DNA from: a virus
Direction: 5' to 3' (one strand)
Virus record (IMG/VR): IMGVR_UViG_3300005613_004097
Location: 44,515 to 108,514 of that record
DNA: 64,000 nucleotides
The notes beneath the pieces were generated by a model that made no database searches, was not told the DNA's origin, and saw nothing but the letters and a program-made list of their open reading frames with translations. A program made the translations under genes and the position numbers. Within the stretch, counting starts at the first letter, position 1; each line of letters begins with the position of its first letter. Below, one piece after another: positions 58,898 to 64,000 of the stretch.

Positions 58898-58977
58898 TAT
58901 ATATTAAAATATTTTTCTTCCTTTTTTATTTTAGACTACAAAGATACAAAAGTTTTTTAATTGCCAAAATTTATTTT
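58898..58977 (-). promoter_or_regulatory. Dual promoter cassette of the Asp/Pro leader (repeat copy 1)
   Basis: TTTG...TATCTTTG plus TAATATATA; near-identical to 59400-59480. Confidence 0.75.
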
Positions 58978-59033
58978 AGTTAATTCCTAAAATATTTAAT
59001 GCCCTTTCTCTTACGTTAAGTAAGGTTATTATA

Positions 59034-59378
59034 TTATTTCTGATAAGAAACCCGAAGCTCCGCGTTTTTCATTTCTTCTTTTAAAACAGAGTTCATCTCT
59101 TCAACAATGTTAGATTTTGGATCTAAACCACCAGAACGTAGTTTTATAGAATCATCAAATGTTATATAAATACCTATTACGTTTTTCAGTGCACCGGCAA
59201 TCTCAACCTTGGCATCGTGTCCACTTTCGTCCTCTACTTTTATATAATCTTTACCATAATGAAATTTTAAAGCATTAATAGCATCTAAAACATCAACTAA
59301 ATTATCACCTATTAGTTCATATTTACTTTGCAATTCTTCTGATTCGTTAAATCTTTTAAGGTGTTTCAAATTTTTCAT
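59034..59378 (-). CDS. Hypothetical protein with N-terminal tag (MKNLKHLKRFNES)
   Basis: ORF between the duplicated promoter cassettes. Confidence 0.7.
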   Translation of the reverse strand: MKNLKHLKRFNESEELQSKYELIGDNLVDVLDAINALKFHYGKDYIKVEDESGHDAKVEIAGALKNVIGIYITFDDSIKLRSGGLDPKSNIVEEMNSVLKEEMKNAELRVSYQK

Positions 59379-59399
59379 CTTTCTTTAATTATTTTTTAG

Positions 59400-59480
59400 T
59401 ATATATTAAAATATTTTTCTTCCTTTTTTATTTTAGACTACAAAGATACAAAAGTTTTTTTAATTGCCAAAATTTATTTT
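59400..59480 (-). repeat. Direct repeat copy 2 of the 80-bp promoter cassette
   Basis: Same as 58898-58977 except one extra T in a homopolymer. Confidence 0.9.
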
Positions 59481-59556
59481 TTATTATTGAGATATTCTAA
59501 CCCGAACCACAGCAGGAATCTGAAATATGCCAACATTCCGAGTATGAATAGTGTTT

Positions 59557-59844
59557 TCATGATTTTAGGATATTCATTATTTCATCTAAATCTTTATTGA
59601 GAGATGATCTTTTTTCTTCTATCAGTGATTTAAGTTCAACCCATTCATTGTGTTCAAGTTCAACTTGTGTGTTATTATATTTCAATGATTTGGACCATAT
59701 CATTTGGTTCAATTCAAACTTATCAAATTTATAATATGAGTATCCGCCAAAGTATGTGTATCGTGAGTATTCAACGCTTATATCATCATAATTATCGATT
59801 TTTGATAATTTTTTCTTGAATGCTAATATCATTTCTGTTTTCAT
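59557..59844 (-). CDS. Hypothetical protein
   Basis: ORF track. Confidence 0.55.
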   Translation of the reverse strand: MKTEMILAFKKKLSKIDNYDDISVEYSRYTYFGGYSYYKFDKFELNQMIWSKSLKYNNTQVELEHNEWVELKSLIEEKRSSLNKDLDEIMNILKS

Positions 59845-59849
59845 TACTT

Positions 59850-60164
59850 TTATTTTATTGTTACTACCTCATGATGATTGAATCCAACCATTAAACACAT
59901 TTCAGTATTTACTTCACTCTCTTCTCCACTAGGACTAATAAACTTAAAGCTATAATCTACTATTTGACCATCATCCCGATGATCACCGTCCATCGTTAAT
60001 TCAACTCTATATCCAATAAGCTCTTTTAGCATTGGATGCGGATCTTTTCCCCATTTTTTAGTAGTGGCAAAAGATTCAGTTATCACCATCGAATCTCCAT
60101 CATACAAATCATCTGACAAAGATCCCATTATACTATTAATTTGTCCTGGAAGTAAATCAATCAT
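59850..60164 (-). CDS. Hypothetical protein
   Basis: ORF track. Confidence 0.6.
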   Translation of the reverse strand: MIDLLPGQINSIMGSLSDDLYDGDSMVITESFATTKKWGKDPHPMLKELIGYRVELTMDGDHRDDGQIVDYSFKFISPSGEESEVNTEMCLMVGFNHHEVVTIK

Positions 60165-60324
60165 TATTTTTTAGTTTTTAGTTTATTTTAATTATTTTTC
60201 ATTTTCATCATTGTTTTAGTTGCAGCTTCCGAAGAAATTGATCTGATTATATTGGCAATATTATCAAGATTGCCTTCTGCAACTTCATCATCAATGTAAT
60301 CATTGAAGTATTCAACTACTTCTT

Positions 60325-60681
60325 TTATACAATTATCAACCATTCTATGTCTTCTAATACAGATTCATCTTGACAATTGATATTTTCAATGAATCTAACA
60401 GCGTGTGAGTTGTTTTCGTCTCTTAGTGTGGCGATATAATAATATCCCATCCACCAATGGATATTGACAGAATCCATTATAAATACTTTATCATCTTTCA
60501 ATCGTTTGAACTTTTTATTCAACATTGGATGGTTATCGATCTTGCCGTTGTCACCTAACCATTGTTTAGTTGCGAAACAATATTTTCCATTAGGAAACCT
60601 TTTTACATCCCAAATGCCATCTTTTTCATCTTTTCCGGCTTTTCTCCTATATTCTTTGTAAAGTTCTAAGTTGAAGTTCAT
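60325..60681 (-). CDS. Hypothetical protein
   Basis: TATATTTG 4 nt before the ATG. Confidence 0.65.
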   Translation of the reverse strand: MNFNLELYKEYRRKAGKDEKDGIWDVKRFPNGKYCFATKQWLGDNGKIDNHPMLNKKFKRLKDDKVFIMDSVNIHWWMGYYYIATLRDENNSHAVRFIENINCQDESVLEDIEWLIIV

Positions 60682-60699
60682 TTTACAAATATAAGGAAA

Positions 60700-61194
60700 T
60701 CAAATTGATTTTTCAAGAGTTTTAATCATTTTATGAAGTTCATCATCATCATCGGATCCGTAATAAGGTTTGATAGTTAGTATTTTATCATTCGGTTTAG
60801 AATCTATTTGATGTGGCTTATCATCTATCATTATGATGTTCTCTTGTAGTGTGTTGATAGGTTTCAACCATGTTTTTATGTCTGGTCTATATAAACAATC
60901 TGTTCTAGTTTTTAAAAGGAAAATATCTTCTTTTTTAATTTTTATATTTTTCAAAACTTCGTGAGTATATTTTTCTTCGGCTATTGTCCATATACCTACA
61001 TTAAAATTTTCAAAACAAAAAATTAAAAAATCTTCTAAACCTGGTCTTTTTCTTGTTCGATATGAATCAAACATTGAAAAAACTTCTGGATGATCGGGTT
61101 TATAATAGGCATCTGGAAAATCGAATTTATATTGAGCTTCAAGATACATTGAGCAGATAAGCGTATTATCTATGTCAAGAATTAGATTTTTCAA
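60700..61194 (-). CDS. HAD-superfamily phosphatase, NIF/FCP1-like
   Basis: LDIDNTLI, RPGLEDFL, IWT, IDDKP. Confidence 0.85.
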   Translation of the reverse strand: MKNLILDIDNTLICSMYLEAQYKFDFPDAYYKPDHPEVFSMFDSYRTRKRPGLEDFLIFCFENFNVGIWTIAEEKYTHEVLKNIKIKKEDIFLLKTRTDCLYRPDIKTWLKPINTLQENIIMIDDKPHQIDSKPNDKILTIKPYYGSDDDDELHKMIKTLEKSI

Positions 61195-61618
61195 GTTTGA
61201 TTTTGTTTATTTTATTGACTCTTTTTTCGTGTCTTCCTCCTTCAAATTGTGTACTTAAAAAAGTATCAACCATTAATTTTGCCATATCTACTGAGACGAA
61301 TCTTGCTGGAATAGCGATACAATTAGCATCATTATGTAATCTTGCTAGTTCAGATAATTCTTTGTTCCAAGTTATGGCACATCTTATATCTGAATATTTA
61401 TTGGATGTCATTGAAACTCCGTTGGCTGATCCACAGATTAGAATACCGAAATCGAAATCTTTTATTTTTTGGCAAAGTGGATGAACAAAGTCTGGGTAAT
61501 CACAAGAGTCGTCTGTTTTTGGACCAAAGTCTTTTATTTGATGATTCTCTTTGAGATGATCTATAAGAATTTTTCTTAGATTGAATCCGGCGTGATCTGA
61601 TGTTATTGCTATTTTCAT
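61175..61618 (-). CDS. rpiB: Ribose-5-phosphate isomerase B
   Basis: SDHAG, DYPD, ICGSANGVSM, ARLHNDAN, FEGGRH..RV; start MKIAI at 61618. Confidence 0.95.
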   Translation of the reverse strand: MKIAITSDHAGFNLRKILIDHLKENHQIKDFGPKTDDSCDYPDFVHPLCQKIKDFDFGILICGSANGVSMTSNKYSDIRCAITWNKELSELARLHNDANCIAIPARFVSVDMAKLMVDTFLSTQFEGGRHEKRVNKINKIKLEKSNS

Positions 61619-62349
61619 AATTGTATATTTTGTTTTTTTCTTTCTGGAATTACTGATTTCCATTTTTTATTTTTTCTTTTAACTTCATTTAGAAGTTCTT
61701 CGGGTTTAATTTGGAGTCTATTACAAATAAGAAGTAGATTTTGCAATGAGTCTGCTGCTTCTTCTAAAACATTGGCTTTGATTTTTTCTTTTGTTTCTTT
61801 GGTTGTTTTTCTTCCAATAACTTTATTGATTTCGGTTGTAAGTTCTCCGAATTCTTCAACAAATTTACAAACGGCTTCTGATAGGTGGCAGTTATCTTCC
61901 TTATCTAATTGGGTTATTTCATCCCAAACTTCTTCAAATTGTGTCATGAGTAATTTATTTATTTTTTCATCTCTAGTTTCTTTTTTTCTCCAATTATCAT
62001 CAATTAAAAAATAAACTGAGTTATTCGTTATAAAAATATTTGGTGAAAGTATCTCTCTTATTATTGATGTTCTGATTCCGGAACTATGTTTACTTCTGAG
62101 TATTAGTTGATTTCCTAATGATATTTCAGTTAGTATTTCATCTCCTATGTTTATACTTCCTTCTGAATAAGTAAAACTTTTGACTGCTAATGGATTCTTT
62201 TCTATTACTTTGTGTTTATTTAGTAATAAGAATTCATTCCAAAGTTCTTTATATGAAAGTGAAGTATCTGTTGGAAAGATTATTTTTCCAACAGATGTGT
62301 CTTCAACTGTTCCTAGTTTTATTAAAATATATTTATGATCAAATAACAT
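61615..62349 (-). CDS. Hypothetical domain fused to a MazG-like pyrophosphohydrolase
   Basis: C-terminal CKFVEEFGEL...LEEAADSLQNLL, paralogous to 8069-8371. Confidence 0.75.
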   Translation of the reverse strand: MLFDHKYILIKLGTVEDTSVGKIIFPTDTSLSYKELWNEFLLLNKHKVIEKNPLAVKSFTYSEGSINIGDEILTEISLGNQLILRSKHSSGIRTSIIREILSPNIFITNNSVYFLIDDNWRKKETRDEKINKLLMTQFEEVWDEITQLDKEDNCHLSEAVCKFVEEFGELTTEINKVIGRKTTKETKEKIKANVLEEAADSLQNLLLICNRLQIKPEELLNEVKRKNKKWKSVIPERKKQNIQL

Positions 62350-62839
62350 ATTTCTTTATTGCATTATCACCTCCGAATTGGTAAAGTTTTCTTATAGCAG
62401 AAGATGATATATGTTCATATTCTTTATCACAAACAATAAAGATTGTTTTAATTCCTTGTTTAAAATCTGAAATAAATCTTAATTGGTTTACTTCATAATT
62501 GAGATCATCACCATTTCTTAGTCCTCTTATAACAACAGGATCAAATCCTTTTTCTTCTAATTCGGTTACATATTCGTGTAAAAATCCTAAATAATATTTT
62601 ACAGGTGATCCTAATTTTTCTTCTAAGTTTTTAGCTTTTTGTTTAATAGGTTCTAAAAGACGTAAAGCTGGACTTTCTTTATTTTCAAAATTTATATTAT
62701 GTTTATCAGGATTTACTCCAAAACAAACGTGAACATTGCCTTTACCAAATATTTCTTCTGATTTTTGTAAAATGTTAAAATGACCCTTATGAAAAGGGTC
62801 AAATGATCCAACAAAAAGTGCTATTGTATTTTTTTTCAT
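62339..62839 (-). CDS. coaD: Phosphopantetheine adenylyltransferase-like nucleotidyltransferase
   Basis: GSFDPFHKGH, NPDK, IRGLR..D..YE, HISSSAIR. Confidence 0.85.
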   Translation of the reverse strand: MKKNTIALFVGSFDPFHKGHFNILQKSEEIFGKGNVHVCFGVNPDKHNINFENKESPALRLLEPIKQKAKNLEEKLGSPVKYYLGFLHEYVTELEEKGFDPVVIRGLRNGDDLNYEVNQLRFISDFKQGIKTIFIVCDKEYEHISSSAIRKLYQFGGDNAIKKYVI

Positions 62840-64000
62840 TTTGATTTATTTGCTAATCTTTCAAGATCAAATTCTCCGAAAAAGTCCATCATATCCTCTC
62901 TTGTAGCTGAAGTTGATTCTCTATTATCGTCATAATTAACGGTTAGTTTAACACCATCCCAAGAGAATGAAGAATAATCGAGTTCAATATCTTCGAAGAA
63001 TTGACATATTACATCAATTTCCAAAGATCTTCTTTCTGGTGAAATATCAACTGATTTATACCTGTTAGTTGTTCCATCTTTTACGAAGTTACTCACATAG
63101 TTGAATTCTTCATCGTGGAACCACTCTTTCTTATCTTCTCTTTTATATTCTCTTCTTGGATAACCAATCCAATCATCCCAATCTTCATAAGCATAAGATT
63201 TTCTTGTAGATGTCGTGGAAGAACCTGATGTTCCATAACTTCCATATCCCCATGCTCCCCAACGTGAGTCACCCCAATCTTCTTCATTTTTATCTCTTTT
63301 TACTGGAAGTGATTCCCATTTTACTTTTGTACAAGCTTCAGCTAGTTTTTCCAAGTGTGTTATATCTTGTCTTTCTCTGTATGTATGTTCAGAGTAATAA
63401 CCAACAGAGATATTTGTGCACTCAGGGTAAACTCTGATAAATTGTGCTGAGTCAGTATAAACTCCTGTAGGATCCAAATCATATTTGAAAGTATCATTTA
63501 CTAAATTCAATTGATTTGAAAGTTCTTTTGCAAATTCATCAGAACAACATCTACCATTAGATTGATATGTTATAACAGAATCTAATCCTCGTCTATCAAA
63601 AGAAACTACCTTTTGAATTCCTGGAATTGGATCAGTTGTGTGTTTGTTAGCTACTTTCTTAGAACCAACACAACCTACTTCTTCACCAAGGAAAAAGTAA
63701 TAAAGTCCAGGAACTTTCTTTTCGATCATATAAAGCATGATTACAACACCTGCTTTACAATCAGCTCCAAGAATAGATTTACCATCTGTTTTTATCATAT
63801 CAACTCCATTTTCTTTTTCAAAGACATGTTTTACAGGACAATCGGCGGATGTTGCTGTATCAAGATGTGATGTAAACATAACATCAGACTTTCCTATTTG
63901 AAGAAATAAATTACCGAATTCATCGAATTGAAGTTCTTTTGGTAAAAAATCAAAAAGTTTATCCTCAGTTCCATGAGGATAAGTATGTGATGTTAATTGT
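62836..64000 (-). CDS. M20/M28-family zinc peptidase-like protein (N-terminus beyond the window)
   Basis: SHLDT, LGADCKAG, GEEVGCVGS, FDRRG, YTDS, NISVGY..EH; frame stays open to the window end. Confidence 0.8.
   Translation of the reverse strand, partial: QLTSHTYPHGTEDKLFDFLPKELQFDEFGNLFLQIGKSDVMFTSHLDTATSADCPVKHVFEKENGVDMIKTDGKSILGADCKAGVVIMLYMIEKKVPGLYYFFLGEEVGCVGSKKVANKHTTDPIPGIQKVVSFDRRGLDSVITYQSNGRCCSDEFAKELSNQLNLVNDTFKYDLDPTGVYTDSAQFIRVYPECTNISVGYYSEHTYRERQDITHLEKLAEACTKVKWESLPVKRDKNEEDWGDSRWGAWGYGSYGTSGSSTTSTRKSYAYEDWDDWIGYPRREYKREDKKEWFHDEEFNYVSNFVKDGTTNRYKSVDISPERRSLEIDVICQFFEDIELDYSSFSWDGVKLTVNYDDNRESTSATREDMMDFFGEFDLERLANKSK

Overview
AT-rich, densely coded 64-kb segment of a very large tailed-phage (jumbo/huge phage) genome in standard genetic code. 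The host is most likely Bacteroidota, because TAnnTTTG-type promoters recur and the GlnRS and bS21 look Bacteroidota-like. The window holds two blocks of very large putative virion genes (13.1-22.0 kb and 31.0-42.5 kb) and DNA-metabolism genes (NAD-dependent ligase, SbcC/gp46). It also has a sigma factor, a translation toolkit (bS1-like, bS21, bL12-like, GlnRS, tRNAs, RNA ligase, nucleotidyltransferase), auxiliary enzymes (QueF-like, RpiB, CoaD, MazG, NUDIX, Acb1-like 2H phosphoesterase) and two free-standing endonucleases. Main discovery: two tRNA operons each sit behind a complete leader-peptide attenuator. A Gln-rich leader (MTTFTQQYQQQQIDREIDW) precedes three tRNA-Gln(UUG) genes and, further downstream, glnS. 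An Asp/Pro-rich leader precedes tRNA-Asp and tRNA-Pro. Each has an antiterminator complementary to an intrinsic terminator directly in front of the first tRNA, suggesting the phage senses loss of a specific charged tRNA and supplies the cognate tRNA on demand. Other points: structurally abnormal tRNAs (D-armless tRNA-Gln, long-variable-arm tRNA-Pro, an RNA with two T-loops), a 258-bp non-autonomous IS200/IS605-type element splitting a gene, recurrent N- and C-terminal peptide tags, and probable leaderless early mRNAs. All calls come from reading the sequence by eye; no searches or folding were run.
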